Origin: Leucoraja erinacea
Taxonomy: Eukaryota
Assembly: GCF_028641065.1 (NCBI RefSeq)
Contig: NC_073401.1
Span: 20,026,001 to 20,090,000, forward strand
Reading direction: 5' to 3'
Length of the DNA: 64,000 bases
Below the pieces are notes generated by a model. The model did no database searches. It was given only the letters and a program-made list of their open reading frames with translations, and was not told where the DNA came from. Each line of letters opens with the position of its first letter. The stretch's first letter is position 1. Shown in pieces: positions 37,204 to 48,599 of this stretch. The position numbers and the translations under genes are program-made.

Positions 37204-40200
37204 GTAAACTTGTCAACTCCCTCCACACTCACTGACCCTCCTCCAGTCTTCCTGCCAACACTCACTCCCAATCCTCTGGCATTCTGCCTCTTGGTCTGCC
37301 TCTCTCTTTCTTACAGTAAGTTGCTGCTTTGAAACCCTCACCTTTGAAGAGGTTTTGCTGGCCCTGGCAATTGGCTAATGTGGCTGATGGAAGTGTTTAT
37401 TTGCTTTGCTAATCATAATCATACTTTATTAGCCAAGTGTGTTTTGCAACATACGAGGAAATTGATTAATCGACTGATCTTCAGTCAGTTTATTGCAGTG
37501 ACAGCTCTTCCTACCGCTGCGTGGTGAACAACCAGCTCGCGTTATGATTATTCACTCATTTTGTGCCCCTCATACCCCTTCCTTCACAGACTGAGGCTGT
37601 TCTTTGTCCAGTCAGTAAGGCCCACAAAACATTGCCTCTGCTCCTGCCCTGATTCAGTGCAATTGTTTCTCCAGGATTTACGGAGATGACTTTCAAGGGC
37701 ACTTTGAACCTTTAGTGCATTGCTCAGCCACAGCCTTGCAGTGGAGGTGAGGAGAAGGGCATTGTAGCCACCATGTACAGTGTGGTGGGGAAATCTCCCC
37801 CTGTGCTCTAGAAGATTTGCACTGCTCCCAACAGTCAAGGCACAGCCTGTATTCATCATGAAGGGAGGGGGGGGGGGGGGGGGGGGGGGGCGTGGAGAGG
37901 TGAGGAGCAGTGGTCTTGTGTTGGAGTCAGAGTTTAGGAGTTATGGAAGCAGGTCAAAACATCATAAGTGATAGGACCAGAATTAGGGCATTCGGCCCAC
38001 CAAGTCTACTCCGCCATTCAATCATGGCTGCTCTATCTGTCCCTCCTAACCCCATTCTCCTGCCTTCTCCCCATGACCTCTGACACCTGTACGGATGACA
38101 GCAAGATCAAGATCACTATCAAAACACCCTCACCTGTATCCACCAGTTACTTGCAAGGTTTGGTTCTATTCCTCCTCTTTTACAGCTTTCTTTCCCTCAT
38201 CCCTCGAAGCTGGTTCCCAACCCGAAATGTCACCATGTTCTCCAGACGTGCTGCCTGCCCCACTAAATTACTCCAGCAGTTTGTGTATTTATTTGTAAAC
38301 CAGCCTCTGCAGTTCCTTATTTCAGCAAGACCAAGATGCGTAGTCAAACAGTGTCAGAGGAGGTGATGGTGTTGTGTTGAAGGCCGGGGTGTGGGAAGGG
38401 GGTTGACACTGTGCGGAGGCATAACAGAAGGGGGAGAACTGCAGGGTGCAGTTGAAGTGTGGAAGGAGATGGCAGAACTCAGTGGGTGATTGAATGGGTT
38501 GGGGAGATCATCAATCTTATGGAAGAGTGTGGAAAGGTCAAAGTTGGACGGTTAGGTTAGAGGGGAGGCCAGAGATCACAGAGAACTGGTGGAGTGAGAT
38601 TCCAAGAGTTAGTGAGTGTGAGTCCTATCACAGGGTATGTTATTTGCAAACTCTTCAATGCCACAGTCCCTTCCTTTCAGGTTTTTTGAAGTTGGGAAGC
38701 TTGATCCACATGCTTATACTTTCAAACTTTGTTCATTTCAAGTGATAATATTTACATTGCCAACACACTTCCCTTTTGTGGCTTGGCCAAGCTGCAAATT
38801 GCATTCTGTACATTATGAACTAACTGGGTCCCCGAGTTTTGAAATTGATCCCATCGTCCTGGGTTCCCATCCCAAATCAAGTCCAGGTCTCGGACATTCC
38901 CTTCCTGGCTATCACAGCTAAACCAAGAAAGAATGCAAACATAAAGTGATGTGGGAAGTCGGTGGGCCAGGCGGCATCTCTGGAGGACATGGATAAGTGA
39001 CATTTCAGGTTTCAGTTCTGCTTGTGAAACAGCTTCTGCTTGTGAACGGGTGCAAGGGGTCGATCAGTTAATGTTAAAATTAGGTTATTTTCTGAGATTT
39101 GTGAATGTTTGGATGTATTGAGGGCTGAGGGGGAGTGTTTTGGATTGCAGGGATGTTATCGGCAATGGGACTTAGGCAGGAATGTGGGCTTGTGGACAAT
39201 AATAGGGCAACTGTGATCTAATTAAATGATGGAGTAGTCCTAAGGTGCTTTGTGATCCATTTGATTATTGTTAAGGACCATATTTTCAGCTACATTTTAG
39301 ATATTAAGGGAATCAAAGGACATGGGTTTAATGCAGTCTAAGAGAAGTGGTAGTGAGGTGAAGGACGAGCCATAACCATTGAATTGTGGAGCAAGTGTGA
39401 CGGGTACATTCTTATTCTCATTTCTCATGTACTTATTGAGATCCTATGGCCATGCTTAACCTCACACTACTCAATCACAATCACAAGCACAATAATACTT
39501 TATTGACCAAGTATGTTTTGCAACATATACGAGGAATTTCATTTGCCAAGTCAGTCATACAAATCAAAAGCAACGGAACACATAAAATACATTTTAACAT
39601 AAACATCCACCACAGTGACTCCTCCACATTCCTCTCTGTGACAGAAGTCGGAAAAAAAGTTAAAATATCTTCCCATCTATGCTCTCAAGCCCTCCGTAGA
39701 TGGGACGATCTGGACTGCCGTAGCCGGCGGCGTTTGGGCCCTCCACATCAGGGCGATCAGCTCCTGCATCAGGGGAATGCCAGGTCCCCCGCACCGGTGA
39801 TCGGACCCCAGTTCGGGGCTGGTTGAGCCTCTGCGTCGTTGGAGCTCCAGGCTCGGCCTCTCCCGAGACTGCGAGCTCTTGATGGTCAGTCCGTAGGCCA
39901 TCGGTTGGAGCGATCCCAGGCAAAGGATGTGTTACGTTTCAGGTTGGGACCCTTCAGATGGAAATCGTGACCCAGAATGTCACCCATCCTTTTTCTCAGG
40001 TACGCTAGCATTTTGTGTCTATCTTCAGTATATACCAGCATCTGCAGTTCATTTCTACACATTTTGGCTGCTCCATTGCCAAATCTCCTCTAGGTGTCCC
40101 CTCCTTGAAGAGGTGCTCCTCCACTACCCTTGTTCCATTTGGGGGAAGGAGAGCGAGAACAGAACTCCAGGACACAGAGGAGACATGGATAATGGGTCCA

Positions 40201-40416
40201 TCCACAGGGGACTAACCATTTTACTGAAGAAAGAGGATATCTCGGATATCCTCAAGTGGGAAGGTCTAATCTTGGGAGCAGATACAGTGGAGGTGGAGAA
40301 AGTGAGAATGGGGCATGATATGAACAACACCGCCAATTTCCATTTCATCTGAATTGTTATAGAAGATGGAGACCAAATGCTGGAGTAACTCAACGGGACA
40401 GGCAGCATACGGAATG

Positions 40417-40450
40417 GGTGACGTTTCGGATCGAGATCCTTCTTCAGACC
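40417..40450 (-). ncRNA. Candidate minimal type-I hammerhead ribozyme in a Penelope-type repeat
   Basis: GGU-CUGAAGA-A-GGAU(CUCG)AUCC-GAAA-C-GUC-ACC: catalytic boxes, stem II, GUC site and 3-bp stem I. Confidence 0.55.
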
Positions 40451-40942
40451 GTGATCCACTACTCTGCAACTGAATAACCACTATTGCTTGTTTTTGGCAG
40501 TGATGAAGATATTACTCTGAGACATCTCATAATCATAATCATACTTTATTAGCCAACTATGTTTTGCAACACACGAGGAATGTGGATTGCCACACAGTCA
40601 TGTCAATAAAAAGCAACAGAACACACAAATAAAAGGGTTTCGGCCCGAAACGTTGCCTATTTCCTTCGCTCCATAGATGCTGCTGCACCCGCTGAGTTTC
40701 TCCAGCTTTTCTGTGTAACACAAATAAACACATCTTAACATGAACATGCACTACAGTGACTCCTCCACATTCCTCCGAGACATTTCGTTTGGTCTCCAGC
40801 GGGCAGGCCGGTTGCCTTCCCGTGTTTCACAGACAGTATTGCACACACTGGGCAGCGAGTTTAACATTAACTGTTCTGCGCCCCCGAGGACATTGACTTC
40901 CTCCCACGCTGAAGGCGGAGTCCATCCGGGCTGGGGAACAAA

Positions 40943-40979
40943 CAAAGGGATAGATCTTTGCTCCATTGTAGAATCTTTG
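40943..40979. mobile_element. 37-bp micro-MITE in the GSTT-B promoter; a second partial copy at ~41094-41116
   Basis: ggaacaaa|CAAAG...ATCTTTG|ggtacaaa; empty site in the copy C promoter at 52125-52132. Confidence 0.8.
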
Positions 40980-41194
40980 GGTACAAACTCCACGCGGCTC
41001 CAGACTGCTCCAGCGATAAGGGCTGCTGTGTAATTAGCTCGGCAATCTCCTGCGACCTTTGGACTTGGTGGGGGAGAGACGTCGTTGTGGAGCGGAGCTC
41101 TGCTATAAGATCTTTGGTGGAGCCCGAGTCAGATGACTGCTCCGCCCATCCGCCAGTGTCGGTGTGTCGCCCACTAACTCAGCCGCGCTACACC

Positions 41195-41306
41195 ATGGTT
41201 CTGCAACTTTATCTCGACTTGAACTCGCAGCCCTGCCGCTCCGTCTACATCTTCGCCAAGAAAAATAACATCGCCTTTGAATTCAAGTCAGTGAGCCTGA
41301 CAGAAG
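41195..41306 (+). CDS. GSTT copy B exon 1 (theta-class GST), 112 nt
   Basis: MVLQLYLDLNSQPCRSVYIFAKKNNIAFEFKSVSLTEG with theta catalytic Ser11 (SQPCR); caccATGG Kozak context; G|GTAGGC donor. Confidence 0.93.
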
Positions 41307-42077
41307 GTAGGCGGAGAGCTACCCTCTCCACATCTCCCTCCGCCTGGCCTTATCCTCCACCCCCTCTACACAGTCCACACCACATCTTCCCTCCCCACCC
41401 TCTCCCCTCTCCCCTCTCCCCTCTCCCTCCGCTTCTGCCACCCCCTCACCACACCACACCTCCACATGCTTCCTTCCTCTACCCTCTCTATACCCCCATC
41501 TCCCCAACATCTCTCTACCCACTCTATCCCCGCTCCATCTTCCCCATCTCTCCGTCCTCCATCACCCCCACACCACTTCACCGCCACCCCAACTCTCCAC
41601 TACATCCCATCCCCACCACCCTCGCCTCCTCCACCACACTCTCCAATTCTCCTCTTCTTGACCTCATTCCCCGCTATCCCCACCTCACTATTTCACAACC
41701 CCTCCACCACCTCTCTACTACCTATCCATTCCCCTACTCCACCCGCTCCTCGTCCTTTTCCCATTTATTTCCCGTTTTGTTTCAGGGCCAAATCCCACTT
41801 TGTACAGTTGAATCCATTTGGCCCACTGAGTCACCTGCTGCCTTTCTCTGCTTTTCTTCCCCCCGAACCTCATCTCTTTCAATCTCCACCCCATTTCCAC
41901 CTCTTCTCTCCTCTATCTTCTCTGCTACCTCCTGTTCACTGCCCTCCTTTCTCTGCACCCTTCTCACTTCTCCATCCACTGGCTGCACCCCCTCTCCCCG
42001 CTGCCGTCTCGCACCGTCCGACTGGGACACATGGACTCGTGGCTGTGGTGTGATCTCCAGTCGTATCCTGTCCACAG

Positions 42078-42165
42078 GCCAACAATACAGTGAGGAATTT
42101 GAAAAAGTCAACCTGCTGAAACGAGTGCCAGCTCTGAAAGATGGGGACTTCACATTGGCAGAGAG
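42078..42165 (+). CDS. GSTT copy B exon 2, 88 nt
   Basis: QQYSEEFEKVNLLKRVPALKDGDFTLAES (cis-Pro motif VP, G-site ES); AG/GT boundaries. Confidence 0.93.
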
Positions 42166-42799
42166 GTTGGTGCAAATTTCCAGTCCCAGCTCTCTAAGCA
42201 AGTGTCGTGCAGAACAGAACTGAGGGGTGTTGGTGTTGTAGGAGGGAAGACTTGCTTCAGGTTCTGCAGGTTTATTTCCTGAGTGAAGTGATTAGAACAG
42301 GCAGAAAGCATTGCTGTGCCCCTCACTTTGCAGAGATAACCCTAAAGCCAAGGCAACGTTTAGAGACCATCGTGGTGTAAAATAAGATCCCAATCACCAC
42401 ACTGGCCACTGGCTAGTGACAGCCACTGGCACATCCATGTGCTCTTGGAGAAGTTGGCAGAGGATTCCGAACTTCAAGCAGAGGAAGGATTAATGTTCAC
42501 CGCTCCTCTCCACGCCCTCACTGCAGCACCAAAGTAGCTCAGGTGCCTCACAGCTCCAGAGATCTGGATTCAGTCCCGACTTTGGCCTCTGTCTGTGTGA
42601 AGTTTGCCCAAGGCTGATGTTGAGCAGGGTTGGGTGAAGCTAGCCTAACACTGGCAAGCTGAGGTATGACTGCTAGTAGCATCAAGCATGGGTGGGGAGA
42701 ATGGTGGGCAATGGGGCTGCTGCAGGGTGATGCCGGGTGAGGGAAACGTTGGCGAAGAGTCAACCTGACGGAGAGTGATGCTCCAAACGTCTCCTGCAG

Positions 42800-42950
42800 T
42801 GTGGCCATTCTGAAATACCTGGCTGGCAAATACAAGACCCCCGACCACTGGTACCCCGCCGACCTCCAGAAAAGGGCTCGTGTGGATGAATATCTCGCCT
42901 GGCAGCCCACAACCATAAGGTTTAACGCATCAAGGCTCTACATGTTCAAG
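42800..42950 (+). CDS. GSTT copy B exon 3, 151 nt
   Basis: VAILKYLAGKYKTPDHWYPADLQKRARVDEYLAWQPTTIRFNASRLYMFK; AG/GT boundaries. Confidence 0.93.
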
Positions 42951-43936
42951 GTAAACTTGTCAACTCCCTCCACACTCACTGACCCTCCTCCAGTCTTCCT
43001 GCCAACACTCACTCCCAATCCTCTGGCACTCTGCCTCTTGGTCTGCCTCTCTCTTTCTTACAGTAAGTTGCTGCTTTGAAACCCTCACCTTTGAAGAGGT
43101 TTTGCTGGCCCCGGCAATTGGCTAATGTGGCTGATGGAAGTGTTTATTTGCTTTGCTGATCATAATCATACTTTATTGGCCAAGTGTGTTTTGCAACATA
43201 CGAGGAAATTGATTAATCTACTGACCTTCACTCGGTTTATTGCAGTGACAGCTCTTCCTACCGCTGCGTGGTGAACAACCAGCTCGCGTTATGATTATTC
43301 ACTCATTTTGTGCCCCTCATACCCCCTTCCTTCACAGACTGAGGCTGTTCTTTGTCCAGTCAGTAAGGCCCACAAAACATTGCCTCTGCTCCTGCCCTGA
43401 TTCAGTGCAATTGTTTCTCCAGGATTTACGGAGATGACTTTCAAGGGCACTTTGAACCTTTAGTGCATTGCTCAGCCACAGCCTTGCAGTGGAGGTGAGG
43501 AGAAGGGCATTGGAGCCACCATGTACAGTGTGGTGGGGAAATCTCCCCCTGTGCTCTAGAAGATTTGCACTGCTCCCTACAGTCAAGGCACAGCCTGTAT
43601 TCATCATGAAGGGGGGGGGGGGTCAGAGGTGAGGGCAGTGGTCTTGTGTCGGAGTCAGAGATAAAGAGTAATGGATGCAGGTCAAAACATCATAAGTGAT
43701 AGGAGCAGAAATAGGCCATTCGGCCCAATGAGTCTACTCCGCCATTCAATCATGGCTGATCTATCTGTCCCTCCTAACCACATTCTCCTGCCTTCTCCCC
43801 ATGACCTCTGACACCTGTACAGATGACAGCAAGATCAAGATGACTATCAAAACTCCCTCACCTGTATCCACCAGTTACTTGCCAGGTTTGGTTCTATTCC
43901 TCCTCCTTTACAGCTTTCTTTCCCTCATCCTTTGAA

Positions 43937-44094
43937 AAGAGAGCTAGATAGGGCTCTTAAAAATAGCAGAGTCAGGGGATATGGCGAGAGGGCAGGAACG
44001 GGGTACTGATTGGGGATGATCAGCCATGATCACATTGAATGGCGGTGCTGGCCCGAAGGGCCAAATGGCCTACTCCTGCACCTATTGTCTTATT
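43937..44094 (+). mobile_element. Short CR1/HE1 3'-tail insertion present in copy B intron 3 but absent from copy A
   Basis: Flanked by atcctttgaa and atccctcgaa; single site in A at ~38200. Confidence 0.75.
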
Positions 44095-45117
44095 ATCCCT
44101 CGAAGCAGGTTCCCAACCCGAAATGTCACCATGTTCTCCAGACATGCTGCTTGGCTCACTAAATTACTCCAGCACTTTGCGTATTTATTTGTAAAACAGC
44201 CTCTGCAGTTCCTTATTTCAGCAAGATCAAGATGCGGAGTCAAACAGTGTCAGAGGAGGTGATGGAGTTGTGTTGAAGGCCGGAGTGTGGGAAGGGGGTT
44301 GACACTATGCGGAGGCATAACAGAAGGGGGCGAACTGCAGGGTGCAGTTGAAGTGTGGAAGGAGATGGCAGAACTCAGTGGGTGATTGAATGGGTTGGGG
44401 AGATCATCAATCTTATGGAAGAGTGTGGAAAGGTCAAAGTTGGACGGTTAGGTTAGAGGGGAGGCCAGAGATCACAGAGAGAACTGGTGGAGCGAGATTC
44501 CAAGGGTTAGTGAGTGTGAGTTAGTGACTGGAACCTAGAGCCCATCTTCTCCCTAGGTCAGAGTCAGCTCGTTCTCAGCACCATCATCCTCAGATGTCCC
44601 TGGGGGTGGGGGGGGGGGGGGGTGTCTCTGGTGTGCAGGGGGTCTGTCCGAGGAGGGAGAGAGCCGGTCAGTGGGCGGAGAGAGAGGGGGGGGGGGGAGA
44701 GGTGCCTGCGTGAGGCGTACCATGCGAGGGAGGGGGGTTTGGGTGGAGGGTCCATGGACGAGGGTCCATGAAAGGGCCTGTCTGCGGGGGGGAGGGGCGG
44801 CTCATGGGCGAAGTGGGGGAGGGGAGGACGGTGGGGGGAGGTGGGGCATTCATTGGGACGGAGGATGCTCAGTGAGGTTGTGCAGTGCAGCCGGTGGTAT
44901 CTCTGACACTGAGCTGGGCTGTGGGCGGGTGTGAGGTGATGCGTGGGAGTGGAGACCCCCAGTGAACTGAGGGAGCTGCCGGGTCTGGCTGTGTGTGTTG
45001 ATTGTGTGTCTGGCTGATGCCTGGTCATGTGTCTGGCGTGTATCTGGATGCTGCTTGACTGTGTGTCTGGCTGGCCGTGTGTCTAGGCTCACTGACCTCT
45101 GACCCGCTTGCCCACAG

Positions 45118-45294
45118 GGCTTGCTGCCCCTGCTAACCGGGCAGCCCATTCCCGCAGACAAGATAGACGAGGCTGTGAGCGATCTGCAGGCGTCCATCCG
45201 CTCCCTCGAAGACAAGTTTCTCCAAGACAAACCGTTCATCGCCGGGCGTGAGGTGTCGCTGGCAGATCTGGTGGCCATCGTGGAGCTGATGCAG
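45118..45294 (+). CDS. GSTT copy B exon 4, 177 nt
   Basis: GLLPLLTGQPIPADKIDEAVSDLQASIRSLEDKFLQDKPFIAGREVSLADLVAIVELMQ (N-capping box SLAD); cacAG acceptor and GTGAGT donor. Confidence 0.93.
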
Positions 45295-46102
45295 GTGAGT
45301 GCAATGGACCTTTGCCAGTGTGACATACCCACCAGAGGCCCGCTGACATACCCACCCAACCAAGGCACCCACACACATACCCACCCAACCAGGATGCCAT
45401 AGACCCACAGACATACCCAGCCAGACTCTTAGAGACCCCAGACTTTCACTGGACCAGATAACCCCACTCTTCTTCCTGGATGCCAAGCCCAATGTACACC
45501 CCTCCCAGGCTGGGTGCAGAACACAATGAAACATTCACCCTTTCCCCTTCTACCGTCAGCAATGCTCAGCCCCTCTCCCACACTCACTCACAATGAGTCC
45601 CAGAGGAACTCGTACACATACACAGTCTCATGGCTCTGACCCCACTCACTCCATTGCTCAGCCCAGTCTATCCGCTCCGTCTCAGCATCACTTTCCTCAC
45701 ATTCTGGATTGCTTCCGTGATCTTTTATTCACCCATCTCTTTCATCCCATGGAAGCATCTCTCCACTGACAGCCTGCATCTCATATCTTCCTCTCTTGCA
45801 TTTGCTCTCTTTCCCCTCTTGTTTGCACTCTTGCTTCTCTCTCTCTCTCTCTCTCTCCCTCTCTCTCTCACCCTCACCCTCACTTTCACTTCCTCTCTCA
45901 CACACTCTCTCTATGACTTCCATGTTCCAGACTGAACCCTTAAGCCTCAGCTTCACGCTGTTACTTCCTCTCATCCACACTACTCACTCTTCAGCCCCTT
46001 CACATACCCCGCCATTACCCTGCCCCCCCCCCCCCCCCCCCCTTATATTCCCACTGTGCTGTTGGCTGCAGATTTTCACTCTGTTACCTAATTTCACCAC
46101 AG

Positions 46103-46306
46103 CCTCTCGGTGTGGGATTCGATCCGTTCAAAGATCGACCAAAGCTCAGTAGCTGGCGTGACAGAGTCGTGGCAGCCCTGGGCAAAGAGTTATTCGATGA
46201 GGCCAATGAGAAGATGCTGAAGAGCGTAGAAAATTCAAGTAATTTGGATGTTAAGTCTCCCACAACGCAACGCCTCGCGATAAGTCTGAAAAAAGCATAC
46301 ATGTGA
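46103..46306 (+). CDS. GSTT copy B exon 5 to TGA (protein 243 aa)
   Basis: PLGVGFDPFKDRPKLSSWRDRVVAALGKELFDEANEKMLKSVENSSNLDVKSPTTQRLAISLKKAYM*; exon lengths sum to 732 nt in frame. Confidence 0.92.
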   Translation, partial: PLGVGFDPFKDRPKLSSWRDRVVAALGKELFDEANEKMLKSVENSSNLDVKSPTTQRLAISLKKAYM

Positions 46307-46379
46307 TGGAGCCAGTCACCAGGCGGCTCCTGGAGTACTTGTCACCAGCAAAGTCATGTGCTAGGAGCATCAAGCTTAC

Positions 46380-46940
46380 TCCGCCATTCAATCATGGCTG
46401 ATCTATCTCTCCCTCCTAACCCGATTCTCTTGCCTTCCCCCCCATAAGTCCTGACATCCATGCTAATCAAGAATCTATCTATCTCTGCCTTAAAAATTTC
46501 CATTCCATGGCAAAGAATTCCTCTGATTCACCACCCTCTAACTTAAGAAATTCTTCCTCGTCTCCTTCCTAAAGGAACGTCCTTTAATTCTGAGGATCTG
46601 ACCTCTAGTCCTAGACTCTCCCACTGGTGGAAACATCCTCTCCACATCCACTCTATTCAAGCCTTTCAGTATTCGGCATGTTTCACTGAGGTCCCTCCCT
46701 CGTTCTTCTAAACTCCAGCGAGTACAGGCCCAGTGCCATCAAACGCTCCTCATATGTTAACCCACTCATTCCTGGGATCATTCTTGTAAACCTCTGGGCC
46801 CTCTCCAGAACCAGCACATCTTTCCTCAGATATGGTGCCCAAAATTGCTCACAATATTCCAAATATTGCCTGACCAGTGCCTTATAAAGCCTCAGCATTA
46901 CATCCCTGTTTTTTTTAATTCTAGCCCTCTTGAAATAAAG
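46380..46940 (-). mobile_element. Antisense CR1 fragment in the 3' UTR region of GSTT-B (paralogous copy at 56625-57190 after GSTT-C)
   Basis: MLRLYKALVRQYLEYCEQFWAPYLRKDVLVLERAQRFTRMIPG; duplicated together with the gene. Confidence 0.85.
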
Positions 46941-47144
46941 GCTAGCACTGCGTTTGCTTTCTGCAATTTCCTGTAATTAAATAAAATGCTAGAAGTTCCT
47001 GCATCTCAATGGCAGAGTTGTCTCTTTGTATTTTGTCCTGATTTCTCCCTTCACTGGAGGTTCCCCTTGCTGAGGTAACTCCCCACATCCTGCCCCCACA
47101 CCCCCCAGCACCAGGGACACATTGACAATAAATAAAAACTGGAG

Positions 47145-47613
47145 TGTTTAAGAAGGAACTGCAGATGTTGGAAAATCGAAGGTACACAAAAAAGCTGGAG
47201 AAACCCAGCAGGTGCAGCAGCATCTATGGAGCGAAGGAAATAGACAACGTTTCGGGCCGGGGACAAGAAAGGAAAAAGGAGGAGGAGCCCGAAGGCTGGC
47301 GGATGGAAGGAGACAGCAGGGGGACTGAGGAAGGGGAGGAGACTGCAAGGACTAACAAAATTGGGAGAATTCGATGTTCATGCCCCCAGGATGCAGACTC
47401 CCCAAGCGGAATATGAGGTGCTCTTCCTCCAATTTCCGGTGTTGCTTGCTGTGGCCATGGTGGAGACCCAGGACAGAGAGGTCGGAGACGGAGTGGGAGG
47501 GGGAGTTGAAGTGCTGAGCCACCGGACGGTCAGCTTGGTTATTGCGGACCGAGCGGAGGTATTCGGCAAAACGATCGCCCAACCTCCGCTTGGTCTCACC
47601 GATATAGATCTGT
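47145..47613 (-). mobile_element. 5'-truncated Penelope-like retroelement (GIY-YIG endonuclease C-terminus plus terminal repeat)
   Basis: YIGETKRRLGDRFAEYLRSVR...VAQHFNSPSHS...RKLEEEHLIFRLGSLHPGGMN; flanked by aactggag at 47137-47144 and 47614-47621; absent at the paralogous site after copy C. Confidence 0.85.
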
Positions 47614-48599
47614 AACTGGAGAGCAGGAAGCACTCAGCAGGTCAGGGGGGCACCTGTGGAGTTTAAATACTCGATGTTTCAGTTCGAAGATGCTTCCTCA
47701 GAATTGCTGGAGTAACATAACAGGTCAGGCAGCATCGATGGATAACTGCCTCTAGATTATCATACATAACTGGATAGATAACATTTCTGCTTGGGTCCCT
47801 TCTTCAGCCTGAGCTGCTGAGTTATGGGACTTCACGTCTGTGTAAAGGAGCATCTGCAGTTCCTTGCATGAAAACAAGTTTGTTTTAGGGAGAAAAGTGG
47901 GGGGAGCGATGGGTTCCAACAAAGAGACTGTCTCTCACAGGGTGAGCCCGAATGACCCAATAAGCCTGTTGTTAGAAGCAGTTTGGGTTGGATCCGAATA
48001 AATGAACAACGGTGTTTCAGAGGGAGTGGTGGTGGGATCACGTTGAAGGTGGTCGTAATGTCGAAGAATTATATGTTGGATGTGGCGGCTGGTGGGGTGA
48101 AAAGTGACGATCAGGGAAATATACTTATTCAGTGTAGAAAGGAACTGCAGATGCTGGTACATACCGAAGATAGGCACAAAGTGCTGGAGTAACTCAATGG
48201 GCCAGGTAGCATCTCTGGAGAAAAAGGATGGATCACGTTTCTGGTCGGGACCTTTCAGACGGAAATCGCGCCCCAATATGTCAATCATCCTTTTTCTCAG
48301 AGGTACGGCAGCATTTTGTGTCTATCTTCAATATATACCAACATCTGCAGTTCATTTCCACACATTTTGTCTGCTCCACTGCCAAATCTCCTCGAGGTAT
48401 CCCCACCTTGAAGAGGTGCTCCTTCTCTACCCTTGTTCCATTTGGGGGAAGGAGAACCAGACGAGAACTACAGGACACAGAGGAGACATTGATAAAGGAT
48501 CCATCCACAGGGTACTAACCACTTTACTGAAGAAAGAGGACATCTCGGATATCCTCAAGTGTGAAGGTCTCATCTTGGGAGCAGATAGCAGATACAAAA

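Noticed and set aside
40958-42223. 421-aa ORF, the longest in the track
   Set aside because: GSTT-B exon 1, a C-rich stop-poor intron 1 and exon 2 read through by chance; the paralogous intron in copy C is frameshifted
46304-46306. TGA in GSTT-B as selenocysteine or programmed readthrough
   Set aside because: It aligns with Trp rather than Cys in C, the downstream frame is not conserved between B and C, copy D ends at a similar position, and I saw no SECIS
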